Part shown: positions 9,054 through 18,948 of the stretch, piece by piece
Layout: each line of letters opens with the position of its first letter
Numbering within the stretch: position 1 is the stretch's first letter
Virus record (IMG/VR): IMGVR_UViG_3300031998_000007
Source of the DNA: a virus
Taxonomy: Duplodnaviria; Heunggongvirae; Uroviricota; Caudoviricetes
Reading direction: 5' to 3' (one strand)
Length of the DNA: 64,000 nt
Program-made: the position numbers and the translations under genes
Notes under the pieces: generated by a model
What the model was told of the DNA's origin: nothing
What the model saw: the letters and a program-made list of their open reading frames with translations, nothing else
Database searches by the model: none

Positions 9054-10910
9054 CTAGGTTTCCGGCTGGTTCCAGATGCCCTTCATCCGGCCATAATATT
9101 CAGCGCCTATCCTAATCGGGCTCAGGTCACTGCGGGAGAACGGATCCTGGAACATCGGGAAACCCGCAGTTTCCGCAGAATCGGTAAACCCGTTCGGGGA
9201 CATGAAGATATGGTCCGGGAGCTGGTAGTAGTCGAATGTCTGCCAGGCGTTATCCGTGGCATTGTAGATGAACCGGGCCTTGTAGATTACCGGACGGTCT
9301 GGAATTGCGACGTTCTCGCCGAACACATAGAAGTTGGTCATCCTGGCCATGCTGAACTTCGCGATCGGCCACACGTTGTTCTTGGAGAACTGTCGGGAAG
9401 CGAGGTCGATGTCGGCATAGTCCATCACGTTATACACGTAGATGTGGGCCTTGTTCACAATGAGGTCGTTCACCTTGCCACCGTTCAGCTCCGGTGTCGG
9501 CCAGATGCGGAACATGAACTCGAACATGGCGCCATCCTTCGGCGACACCACCTCATCATTCTTGCCCACCACATTTACGGGAAGGAAGATTGCGAGGCCC
9601 TGGTCAAGGTCCGGCCCGTCATAGTTGATGATGTTGAGCCGGGAAACATCCTTGGACGCATGGCTGAACACCATCACGGAAGAATAGTCCTGCAACCCGT
9701 AAACGCCGATAGACGTATCGGTAGGACCGTAGGTCTTCCCCGAAACCCACTTCGCGTTCCTGGAATCCGGGTATTGAATATAGTTGCAGCTCGGGATAAT
9801 CTCCACGCCCTTCGGCTGCGCCGTGCGGCCTGCCGGGATGCGGAGGGAGCTGTGCATGCGGATTTCCGCATCCGACATGAACGGTTCGGACGAATTGTTC
9901 TTGACGATAAAGCCGGAGATGTCCGTAGCCAGCTTGTACCGGAGCGTCCCGCCATTGCCGACGGAGTAGTGCGCATCGAGCGGGAACATGCGGACCCAGT
10001 AGTCCGTATTCTCCACGAGGGCGCTGTCGCCTCCCTCGTCCTCGACCAGCTCCGCCGGGGCCACCGACGAATCGGCGTCGAACTGATAGACATAGAACAT
10101 CCCGTCCTTCTCCACCAGCGTTCCGTAGGAATAGACAGCTTCTTCGGAATAGCTCTCACAGAACTTCCTGAACCCGGACTTCGGATTGTCCGGTAGATAC
10201 GACATATTCCGGTCGGAAGCGAGCTCATAGACGACCCCGCGATACTTCACCAGCGTATCTTCCGTCGGTAACGGCAGATTGGACACATAGTCAATCACCA
10301 CCGGTCGGCAGTTGCTTCCGGTTCCGGTCCCAGACACAATGGCATCTCCCGCAACGACATCGGTCGTCGTCACATAGAGGGCGATTGACGCCGGCACATC
10401 CGGGTCGTCGAGACTGCCTATGCAGCGGGCGAAATACGTCCCGGCGGGGTAATCCTTGGTGAACTCGCCGGCCACGTAATATTCCGTGGAATTTGTGTCC
10501 GGGTTCCACCTTGAACACTCGTCATAGATTGCCGGGACGGCATACACCTTCGCCTTACGGCCAAAGTCGGAACCGGTAGTAATGCGGGCAACGACGGTGT
10601 CCGGGTTTGCCTGATCGTAGGTCGCGGAAACGCGGTGCATTTCCTTGTAGGCATACTTGCCCGCGCCGAGATACGGCGCCACCGCATTGTCGCCACCGCC
10701 CTTGTCGGCAGCGTGCTTCGTCGAAAGGACATAATCGACAAAATACGGGGGAGTGTTCGTGCTGAGACGGACAGTGACCTTGTCCATCTTGCTGTGCTCC
10801 CACTCGACCAAGGCATTGAGGATGGCCTCATAGTTGGCCTGTGAAACGGCAAGGCTACCCGTGATATGGCCCAGCGGGTTAGCTTCAAGTGTCGAAATCT
10901 TGCTTGGCAT
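9054..10910 (-). CDS. Putative virion (tail/baseplate) protein, 618 aa
   Basis: Position in the tail gene run; beta-rich composition. Confidence 0.55.
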   Translation of the reverse strand: MPSKISTLEANPLGHITGSLAVSQANYEAILNALVEWEHSKMDKVTVRLSTNTPPYFVDYVLSTKHAADKGGGDNAVAPYLGAGKYAYKEMHRVSATYDQANPDTVVARITTGSDFGRKAKVYAVPAIYDECSRWNPDTNSTEYYVAGEFTKDYPAGTYFARCIGSLDDPDVPASIALYVTTTDVVAGDAIVSGTGTGSNCRPVVIDYVSNLPLPTEDTLVKYRGVVYELASDRNMSYLPDNPKSGFRKFCESYSEEAVYSYGTLVEKDGMFYVYQFDADSSVAPAELVEDEGGDSALVENTDYWVRMFPLDAHYSVGNGGTLRYKLATDISGFIVKNNSSEPFMSDAEIRMHSSLRIPAGRTAQPKGVEIIPSCNYIQYPDSRNAKWVSGKTYGPTDTSIGVYGLQDYSSVMVFSHASKDVSRLNIINYDGPDLDQGLAIFLPVNVVGKNDEVVSPKDGAMFEFMFRIWPTPELNGGKVNDLIVNKAHIYVYNVMDYADIDLASRQFSKNNVWPIAKFSMARMTNFYVFGENVAIPDRPVIYKARFIYNATDNAWQTFDYYQLPDHIFMSPNGFTDSAETAGFPMFQDPFSRSDLSPIRIGAEYYGRMKGIWNQPET

Positions 10911-10920
10911 CTAAAAGCTC

Positions 10921-13900
10921 CTACGAGAAGTTGATTTGCCTGAACACGTTCCTGATCTGCGCATCGGTGACCGCAGTCTTCCCATCCCAGTATGACAGAG
11001 CAGACGAGTGATGGGAACTGAGGAAGTCCTCGGCAGACGACTTTACCGCAAATGCGCAAGGTCCCTGCAAGGTAATCGGCACAATCGGCGCTTCCGCGAT
11101 ATTGCCCCCGTTGATAAGGGCAGTCCACTGGATGTCCAATACCATCGCGCTCGTGCTGGTCGGGAAATATGCCGAGACCGTCATGCCGGAGCGATAGCCG
11201 TATGGCCCACCGCCGGTAAGCATCGGGACCTGGTATTTGTTGTCCAGGTACTTGATGTCGCCAATGGACGGATAGATCGGCAAGCGCAGGCCGCACATGC
11301 GGTTCGTCTTGTCGAGCTCCGCAGGATAATACGACGTTCCGCAGTAGTGCTGCAGGAGGGTAAGGTTAAGGATGAACGAGACCGTGATGATGTGGCCGGT
11401 CAAGGTAATGCAGAGCTTGTCAAGGAGCGGAATACCCCACTTGCCGTAGGACAGGCAGTAGCCGAACGAATTGGCGTCCCATGTGATGCCATAATCGCCC
11501 ATCATCTGGTGAACCTGCTGCTGGGCGGTCCCATCCAGGCCACCGCTCAACCACGGCGTAGTGAACATGCCTTCGACAGTCTTCTTGATAATGCCGGTCT
11601 TGTTGTCATACACATAGGCCGGAATTGTCTGGGAAGCCGTGGACGTGTTCGTCTTCACGACGCCATTTTCCACGCGGCAGAAAGTGCCGGTACCGACCCG
11701 TTCCTTCGGGGCGGTGTCAATCGCAGAATTCACGTCGCGCATGTAGGCGAGTTCCTCATACAGGGAAGCGCCTTCCGGGTTCTTACCTCCGTTGCCGTCA
11801 CCGAAGATGGTGTTGGAGAAGACCTGGACACGCGGCATGACATACATGTTGCGCATGATGGAATCCGTGAGCGCACCCGGGAGGATGAAGCCAGCCACGT
11901 CATAGGCGCTGTTCGACTGGGTGTCGTCGTGGTTTTCCTTGAAGTGGGTGGATGTCGTGGAATAGACATAGGAGCTGACGATGGAGTGGTATGCGTCGCA
12001 GTAGGAAGACTTCTGGAACGCCGCCGGGAGACCTTCGTTCGGAAGATAGCCGTCCGCCCAGTCGAAGTGGAAACCGCTGTGGCTTTCCCTGTTGTGGGCC
12101 ATGTATTCCGGGTTCACGAACAATGTATCGCCGCGGAGGCTGTAAGAACGGGACGTGCAGTCTGCAGCAAGGGCGCCGTATGTCTGGCCGCTCAGGATGA
12201 GACGCTCGAAATCCATGTCGATGTAGGAAGTCTCGTTACCATCCGTCCTGCGGGCAATCATCTTGATTGTCTGCGGGGTCTCCACAGTGATGCCGTCCTC
12301 ACCATAGATGTGAACACGGTTAATCGGTTCCGTACCAGCGTTCCGTGCCTGGATGTACTGGTAACGTTCCCACATCATCTGGTCCTTGTCCGGGTCCTTG
12401 CCCGACCAGATTACCGTGGAACCATGGGAACCGCCAAGCCTCGTAGAAATGTCACGGAAACCGAACTCGGCAGCACCGGAACGGTCGCCGGTCGGGATCG
12501 GGCGAACGAGAAGGCCATCGCCATTGACAGAGAACTCACCGCGGTCATAGCAAACGTGGCTGATACCCTTAATCTTCTCGGTCGGGTCCCAGGTAATCGC
12601 GTATGCGCCCGTCAGCTGGTAGATACCATACTTGGACGCCTCGTCCGCGACGACGGCAGTGTTGTAACCGCATGCCGGCATGTCGGCAGTATTGCGGTGG
12701 TCGGACACACCGACAATCACCTTGGAATTGGCCAGCTTCATGAACGAATATCTCGGACCGGCAACAAACGCATTCTCCAAACGGCCAGCAAGCCCGCTGA
12801 AATCGGATCCCGTTCCCGGTGGCATGCGGTCGATATAGCCACAGCCGACAATGAACCTCGGTTCAAGCATCGGGACGTTGTTGGCGCCGACCACGGTCTG
12901 GGCCATGCCCATCGCGGTAGTCTGGTAGTTCAGCGCGGCGCTATAACGGCCACACTCGACCGTATAGGTAATCGCGGCGTTCGCTCCCGGCGTTGTCCAA
13001 CCGGCAGCATTATACGGGTTCATGCCCGTAACTTCAACCTGGTATGCACAGATGTTACCGCCAGCGATAGCAAACCCTTCGCGGTTGGTAACATTCTTGT
13101 CGAGAGAAATAATCTTGTCGAGATTGCCGTTGGATGAAATTTCAGTAATCTTGCAGACGAAAGGCTTCAGGACGCAGCTTTCGGCCGAAATGTGCTTATT
13201 CGGCTTTCCGTCAGAACCGACCGTTTCCCAGTTGTAGAGATATACGGAATCTCCGACAGAGAGGTAGAACCTGTGCATGCCGGTGTCCCACTCGTCCTTC
13301 GCGATACGGATCTGGTTCGGGGCAAGCCCAGCCTTGGACACGGTGGCGCCCGTGGCACGGGTATAAGTACATCCGTCAACCACGATACGGCTCTGGCATT
13401 CGGTTCCGCTGTCCGCGGTATCGTCATCGTCGTCCGCGAACGTAGTGAACTTGTAGCGATAGCCGCCAGCCTGCGTCATATAGTTGAACGCGGCGCCGAA
13501 ATCGGCCGTGGCATGGATATACCCGCCTTCAGTAAACGAAGCAGTCCCGAGAGAATACCCAAACAGGCTCGCAATCGTCGCGGACTCCTCGCCATAGGCG
13601 ACACCGCCATAGCCGTATGAGAACGCCTCCCCGAGATACGAAACACAGCTATGGCCACCGGCAAAGGTATTCGGCCCGTAGCCATAACAATCGTCACCGG
13701 TCATGAACGCGAAGCGCTCGTTGATGTCGGTGTACGGCATCGCCTTCACTTCGTCAAACCGGTGCTTACCAAACAGGAACTTGTTGGCGTTCACGGTGAA
13801 CGTGTCGTCAATCTCGAAGCGCCAGTTCAGGCCACCCGCGAGGTGGTCGGTCCCGTCACCCTGGAAACCGAGAAGGTCAATCGAGTTGTAGCCGGCAGGG

Positions 13901-14394
13901 AACAGGTAGGTCTCATACTGGCTGTAATGCTTCGTCGAAAGGTTCTCGTCGTAAATCGGGGCGCGGAAGTTCAGCGGAATCGGCGCCGAGTTGGAGACCA
14001 GCTTCGGGTTGGTCGCAGTCTTGATCTTGTCGAGCCAGAACTGGTCATCGGTATGCTCCGCGTTCGTGGCACTCTTATAGAGTATCTTGGCATGCTTGAC
14101 GAGGACGTCGGACGCGGACGGACCACCAACCTGGATGTCGGCCTGTTCCATCGCCGTCTCGAACATGTCCTGTGCGAACGGGGTCTCCCCGGAACGGTAT
14201 TCCCATTCCTCATAGAACTTATACAGCTTGTAGATGTCCGCACGGTCGAGCGTTACCGTCTCGCCAGCGCGTTCAACGGTAAACCCGTTATACGACCCGG
14301 CCTTCATCACCGAGCGGTTGAGAGCGTTGATAGCCTGCCGCGCGTTGTAGGTCATCGCGTCAATCTGCTTAATCAGCTTGTCTTCATTCTGCAT
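10921..14394 (-). CDS. Putative tail fibre/spike protein with YadA-head-like repeats, 1157 aa
   Basis: Repeats such as GPNTFAGGHS, GTASFTEGGY and GRYSAALNYQTTAMGMAQTVVG; late motif at 14431-14438. Confidence 0.6.
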   Translation of the reverse strand: MQNEDKLIKQIDAMTYNARQAINALNRSVMKAGSYNGFTVERAGETVTLDRADIYKLYKFYEEWEYRSGETPFAQDMFETAMEQADIQVGGPSASDVLVKHAKILYKSATNAEHTDDQFWLDKIKTATNPKLVSNSAPIPLNFRAPIYDENLSTKHYSQYETYLFPAGYNSIDLLGFQGDGTDHLAGGLNWRFEIDDTFTVNANKFLFGKHRFDEVKAMPYTDINERFAFMTGDDCYGYGPNTFAGGHSCVSYLGEAFSYGYGGVAYGEESATIASLFGYSLGTASFTEGGYIHATADFGAAFNYMTQAGGYRYKFTTFADDDDDTADSGTECQSRIVVDGCTYTRATGATVSKAGLAPNQIRIAKDEWDTGMHRFYLSVGDSVYLYNWETVGSDGKPNKHISAESCVLKPFVCKITEISSNGNLDKIISLDKNVTNREGFAIAGGNICAYQVEVTGMNPYNAAGWTTPGANAAITYTVECGRYSAALNYQTTAMGMAQTVVGANNVPMLEPRFIVGCGYIDRMPPGTGSDFSGLAGRLENAFVAGPRYSFMKLANSKVIVGVSDHRNTADMPACGYNTAVVADEASKYGIYQLTGAYAITWDPTEKIKGISHVCYDRGEFSVNGDGLLVRPIPTGDRSGAAEFGFRDISTRLGGSHGSTVIWSGKDPDKDQMMWERYQYIQARNAGTEPINRVHIYGEDGITVETPQTIKMIARRTDGNETSYIDMDFERLILSGQTYGALAADCTSRSYSLRGDTLFVNPEYMAHNRESHSGFHFDWADGYLPNEGLPAAFQKSSYCDAYHSIVSSYVYSTTSTHFKENHDDTQSNSAYDVAGFILPGALTDSIMRNMYVMPRVQVFSNTIFGDGNGGKNPEGASLYEELAYMRDVNSAIDTAPKERVGTGTFCRVENGVVKTNTSTASQTIPAYVYDNKTGIIKKTVEGMFTTPWLSGGLDGTAQQQVHQMMGDYGITWDANSFGYCLSYGKWGIPLLDKLCITLTGHIITVSFILNLTLLQHYCGTSYYPAELDKTNRMCGLRLPIYPSIGDIKYLDNKYQVPMLTGGGPYGYRSGMTVSAYFPTSTSAMVLDIQWTALINGGNIAEAPIVPITLQGPCAFAVKSSAEDFLSSHHSSALSYWDGKTAVTDAQIRNVFRQINFS

Positions 14395-14454
14395 CTGCGG
14401 GTTCCGTTCGTAAATTCGTGTAACGCCAATAGTTTATATCCGCGGGGGCGGAAA

Positions 14455-15549
14455 TCAGTACCCGTAACCCTGATATTCCACCCTGGAACGGGCCCCGGCG
14501 CCGTTACCATACCATTCCTCGATACGGTCCGGCTTCATCGGCTTCTGCCCGAGGAAGGTGCTCTTGTCACGCGCCTCGTGGAGCATCTGCACGATCTTGC
14601 GCCGGTCGTAGATGTCCGGGTTAATCCAGGTCACCGAATCGGGGCGTGCGTTCAGCTTGAGACACTGGCGCATGCACTTCTCGGCCATGCTGTAATTTTC
14701 CTTGTGATACTGATACTTTCCGCGCCAGTAGTAGCCTTCCGGGCGTGTCGGGCTTTCCTGGATAAGCTGGAGGGAACGCCTGCCAATCGTTTCCAGGTCG
14801 CGGTTCGTTTCCGAAATCTGGCATATCATTTCCAGGGACTTGACGCGCTCCTCGGTAAAGTTGTCGGGGAACTCGTCCACCGCGACGTTATACCATTCCA
14901 GCGCAGCTGGCACATTCTTCATGTCGCGATAGGAGTTCGCGATGTAGAACGCGGTCCTCGGCGTCCTCCCGATGTTCCAGTCGGAAAGCAGCGTCTTCAA
15001 GTTGCGGGCCACGTCGCGCGTGGGCTTGAAGTTCCTGATGAACAGGCCGGTATCGACGGTAGGCGGGTTCGGGGCACAGTTCTTGAGGAGCTCGTGGATG
15101 CGGCCCTCGAAACGCGCGTTGCAGCGCTTGCATATACGCAGGCGCGGGAAGAAATACTTCGGGCTCGTGCGGGTGTAGATGAAAATGCTCGCGTCGGGCG
15201 TCCTTCCCGTGATTACGGTAAACGCCTTGCGGAGACGGGCCGGTTCCTCGACGGTCTCGTTCGCATCAATCCACATCACGTAGTCCGCCGTGGCACGGTT
15301 GATGGCGTGGTTCTTCGCCGCGCCGAAGTCAAAGTTGCCGCTCGCATCATGAAAACGGCTGCCGACAGCATCGACAACCGTATCCTTCTTATTGCGGGCA
15401 GCCCAACCACGAACCAGTTCGACAGTCCCGTCAGTAGAACCCGTGTCCACGACGACGACCTGGTCGGCCACCAGCAGGACACTGTCCAGACACGACAGGA
15501 CCGTCCTCCGGCCGTTCTTCACGACCAGACAGACAGCCAGCGTAGCCAT
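14455..15549 (-). CDS. GT2 glycosyltransferase-like protein with TPR repeats
   Basis: LAVCLVVKN, VVVVDTGSTDGT, DFGAAKN, WIDANE, RFEGRIHE; C-terminal TPR-like helices (AFYIANSY, EGYYWRG). Confidence 0.85.
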   Translation of the reverse strand: MATLAVCLVVKNGRRTVLSCLDSVLLVADQVVVVDTGSTDGTVELVRGWAARNKKDTVVDAVGSRFHDASGNFDFGAAKNHAINRATADYVMWIDANETVEEPARLRKAFTVITGRTPDASIFIYTRTSPKYFFPRLRICKRCNARFEGRIHELLKNCAPNPPTVDTGLFIRNFKPTRDVARNLKTLLSDWNIGRTPRTAFYIANSYRDMKNVPAALEWYNVAVDEFPDNFTEERVKSLEMICQISETNRDLETIGRRSLQLIQESPTRPEGYYWRGKYQYHKENYSMAEKCMRQCLKLNARPDSVTWINPDIYDRRKIVQMLHEARDKSTFLGQKPMKPDRIEEWYGNGAGARSRVEYQGYGY

Positions 15550-15552
15550 GGG

Positions 15553-16089
15553 TTACCCCTTGTTTTCTTCCTTGGCAGGTTCTGCCGCTTCGGCTTCCTG
15601 CGGAGGATCCTTGATGAGAGGCTTGAGGAGGTTCCAGTAATACCAGTTCTGCTGTTCGTTGGTCCCAGCAAATTCCGGCACGCGTTCAAGTTCGATTGTG
15701 CGGAGGTCGAGCTCGATTTCCTCGTCGCAGAACTCGTTGCGGTTCTTGTCAATGATGACCTCGTTCTCGTAAGCCTCCTTGCACTCTTCGCGAAGGTCAA
15801 GGATCTTGCGTTCGAGCTCCTCACGGGCTTCCGGCGTTGCCGTCTGGAAGTCAGCCGGGGTATTGAACCCAAGTTCCTTCTGGATAGCGAAACGGCGCTG
15901 TTCGGCTTCAAGGAAAGCCTTGTCGGGCGGGAAGGCTTCCACCGTGTTCTTGCGTTCTTCGCCGGTGACCTTCAAGTTGTGGGTCACGAAATAGCGGAAC
16001 CATGCGCTGACCGGGGCCTTGAATACCTGGTCGGCATGTTCGAGCATGAGGTTGAGGTTGATTGCGTATGCGCGTTTTACCTTTTTCAT
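15553..16089 (-). CDS. Hypothetical helical protein (DUF1617-like)
   Basis: Start moved to MKKVKR at 16089 (GAGG RBS); EEIELDLRTIEL...LLKPLI pattern; family call is tentative. Confidence 0.5.
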   Translation of the reverse strand: MKKVKRAYAINLNLMLEHADQVFKAPVSAWFRYFVTHNLKVTGEERKNTVEAFPPDKAFLEAEQRRFAIQKELGFNTPADFQTATPEAREELERKILDLREECKEAYENEVIIDKNRNEFCDEEIELDLRTIELERVPEFAGTNEQQNWYYWNLLKPLIKDPPQEAEAAEPAKEENKG

Positions 16090-16143
16090 CGGTTTCCTCG
16101 TTTGAAACGTTTCATGCGGGAAAACTAGGTTTTCCCACACGGA

Positions 16144-18945
16144 CTAACTCGGAAGCGGATTACGCTCGAAGAAGTAGCCAACCTCGCCATTTGCCTTCTT
16201 GACCGACACTTTCAGGAATACGTTCTTGGACGACGCAAAGGTAGAATCGCCCCAGGTCTGCAGGTTGATACCCCGCGTGCCCATGGCAGGCGATGTGCCT
16301 TCGCTGGCAATAGATGTCCCGGTCATGGTCAAGCACTTGGCAGTCACATACGGAGTATATCCCGAAATCGAGCTCAGATACATGTACAGGTAGAATACCT
16401 TGCCTACGTCCGCCTCGCTCGGGTCAGCCAGCGACACATTAAGTGTGTTGTTGGTGTATGAAAGATGCAATATGCCCGGATCAATGACAATCATCTCGTT
16501 CGCTTTCGGCGTAAGCTGGAAGGACGGCGACATAGCCTCGGTGTAAGAATCACCGGACGGGGTCTTGGTTGCCGTTGTCGTGACACTGGTAACTATCGCG
16601 TTATCGGCCGTAGAAGTCGCCGTAGCGGAACCCGTAGTCGCGCTTTCATCAGGGTATGTCACCTTCGGGCTCAACTGCTGGATCTGCGACCCGTCATAGT
16701 ATTCCTGATACCCAATAGTCAGTGTCCCGACGTAGGAACATGTAAGTTTCCTGACATGGTCATACAACAAGGTGTTCTCGACAATGTTCACATCCAGCTT
16801 CGGGTAGCCCACGCCGATGTGGAACGAGCCGTCGAGTTCCTGGCGGTCCTGGACGATGAGCGACATGCCGGCATACGGACACTTGTCGGTGCCCGGGGTC
16901 ATCACGACAGCACCCTTGAACACGTTGCCCGTGCTCACCTTGCCGTCAAGGATACTCTTGATGTATTCCTCAGTCTTCAAGCGGCGATAATCCGCAGCGA
17001 CATAGCCGCTCGGGATCTGGTCATCCGGGGTATTGTCATGGTAATACATGTTACCGAGCTTCAATACGCCGTATGCAGACTGGTTCCTGGTGGAAGCATT
17101 TGCACCGCCATACAGGGCAAGACCGCCGGTATAAATCATCGGGGTGTCCGGCTTCTTGCAGTTATACCAGGCAGCCTCGGTAATGTAGCCGCTCACGCCA
17201 TCAAGGATATATGCGGAACTACCGGTTATCTGACTTTCACCAAAACCAAGGCTAAGCGCCTCGGACTTGGTCATGGTGCCATAGAACCTGCCGTTATACA
17301 TGAAGCCGGAATTGGTGAACACGAACGCATCGGTGAAACTCGGTGTCGCCTCGTTGGCGTTCATGTCAGACAGGCATCCGTTTTCACCACTGCCTTCGGT
17401 GTTATTGCGGTTAGTATCTATCCACCACACGCCGCGAATGATATTCTTGTCGATCACCTCATCGCCAACTTTCATCTTCTTCGGCCCGCCAATACGCATG
17501 TGGTTGGCAACAAACACGCTGTCAGAAATGGTGGCGGTATCAAAAATCAGCTGATCGCCCCACAGCACAACATTTTCCGCGCCATCGGGAAGAGTATTGT
17601 AATCGCCGATGGACAACACGTTCTTCTGATTTGCCGGGAAAATCTGGTACCATGACCATTCTTCGGTATACCAAAGGACTTCGCCATCCGCTGTCGTCTT
17701 ACGGTTCGAGTTGGCTACCGCATTAGACGACGCATTTCCTGCCCAGCCGATATACATACAGGTTGCGCTATCATGGGCCACGATTGAATACGACACGCCA
17801 CCGTGTGTATAGGTCAAATCATTGTCACCAACGACAATCGCGCTAATCCCCTGGTCCGCATCAATCCGAGCCTGGGCTTCTGCATCCGTCAGGATTTCAT
17901 AATTAGAATACATGCCGCGGGCATGATACTTCTGGCTTCCCGAACTTGACGGATATTGGTAATACTCATTAAAATGGTCGCCAATAACGTTGACATTCTT
18001 ACTGCCGGCCGCGATATAGTTAGTTGAACCGGTTACTTTGACCTTGCTCGAGTTGAACCCGACCCAGTTTTCGGTACCATTGACTTCAATGTCGCCCATC
18101 GTGAGGCGGTTAGTGGAACCCCCTGGCAGCTTGACGGTATATTCATTGAACCAGCCAATGTGGTTGTTGAAACCCCTGATTTTCAAACCATCAACGGACC
18201 CCCACATTTCGTTGCCGGTGCCCTTGATGTCAGAATTGAGCAAATATCCCGGCCAGCGAGGAACACCCATAGCGCTGCACCACTTCTGTTCGAGCGCACT
18301 GTAATCGTTCAGCACAATGCCGCCGAGCACCGACGTATCAGTCACCGAGGCGAGGCGGGAATCGCGGACGAGACCAACCAGGCCAAACGCATCCTTGACG
18401 AAAGAATCCACCACGGAACCCATAACATAGTGCGAGTTCTGGAGAACGGAGTCGTTGCCGAGCACATTCACATAACTGGAATTCGAGTCGATATACATGC
18501 TCGGACCGTTCGAATACGAATAGTCGGCCTCGCACATCGATCCGGCACCCATGCCCAGCGTATCTACGCCGACACCCGGACTATCGGAATGGTAGCCATA
18601 AAGCGGGTCAAATACGGCGCTCTTCGTGCATTCGAGATACTCGAAATCGCTTGCGCCGGTATTCCCCGGCAACGCCTGGATTTGGCCGACCAAGGTGCTT
18701 TCCACGACATCCGACGCGGAGCCGTAGATGTTCACCTTCACCAAGCCATCGGAAGTCTTGAAGTAGTAGTTGCCGGCAACATGGTCGCCATCATAAACCT
18801 TCGTCTCGCTCCCGACCTTGTACTTGACACCCATGTAAGAGACATCGGGAAGTATCTTACCGCTAAGTTTTCCCGTGTTGCTCTTCCCGACAAGTTCCTT
18901 GAACTCGGCGGTAGTCATCAGTGTTTCGGTGACGTCTTTATACAT
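16144..18945 (-). CDS. Putative tail fibre/spike protein, 933 aa
   Basis: Beta-helix-like G/N/S repeats (IKGTGNEM, IRGFNNHI, VNGTENWV, VTGSTNYI); lies in the tail run. Confidence 0.6.
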   Translation of the reverse strand: MYKDVTETLMTTAEFKELVGKSNTGKLSGKILPDVSYMGVKYKVGSETKVYDGDHVAGNYYFKTSDGLVKVNIYGSASDVVESTLVGQIQALPGNTGASDFEYLECTKSAVFDPLYGYHSDSPGVGVDTLGMGAGSMCEADYSYSNGPSMYIDSNSSYVNVLGNDSVLQNSHYVMGSVVDSFVKDAFGLVGLVRDSRLASVTDTSVLGGIVLNDYSALEQKWCSAMGVPRWPGYLLNSDIKGTGNEMWGSVDGLKIRGFNNHIGWFNEYTVKLPGGSTNRLTMGDIEVNGTENWVGFNSSKVKVTGSTNYIAAGSKNVNVIGDHFNEYYQYPSSSGSQKYHARGMYSNYEILTDAEAQARIDADQGISAIVVGDNDLTYTHGGVSYSIVAHDSATCMYIGWAGNASSNAVANSNRKTTADGEVLWYTEEWSWYQIFPANQKNVLSIGDYNTLPDGAENVVLWGDQLIFDTATISDSVFVANHMRIGGPKKMKVGDEVIDKNIIRGVWWIDTNRNNTEGSGENGCLSDMNANEATPSFTDAFVFTNSGFMYNGRFYGTMTKSEALSLGFGESQITGSSAYILDGVSGYITEAAWYNCKKPDTPMIYTGGLALYGGANASTRNQSAYGVLKLGNMYYHDNTPDDQIPSGYVAADYRRLKTEEYIKSILDGKVSTGNVFKGAVVMTPGTDKCPYAGMSLIVQDRQELDGSFHIGVGYPKLDVNIVENTLLYDHVRKLTCSYVGTLTIGYQEYYDGSQIQQLSPKVTYPDESATTGSATATSTADNAIVTSVTTTATKTPSGDSYTEAMSPSFQLTPKANEMIVIDPGILHLSYTNNTLNVSLADPSEADVGKVFYLYMYLSSISGYTPYVTAKCLTMTGTSIASEGTSPAMGTRGINLQTWGDSTFASSKNVFLKVSVKKANGEVGYFFERNPLPS

Positions 18946-18948
18946 TGC

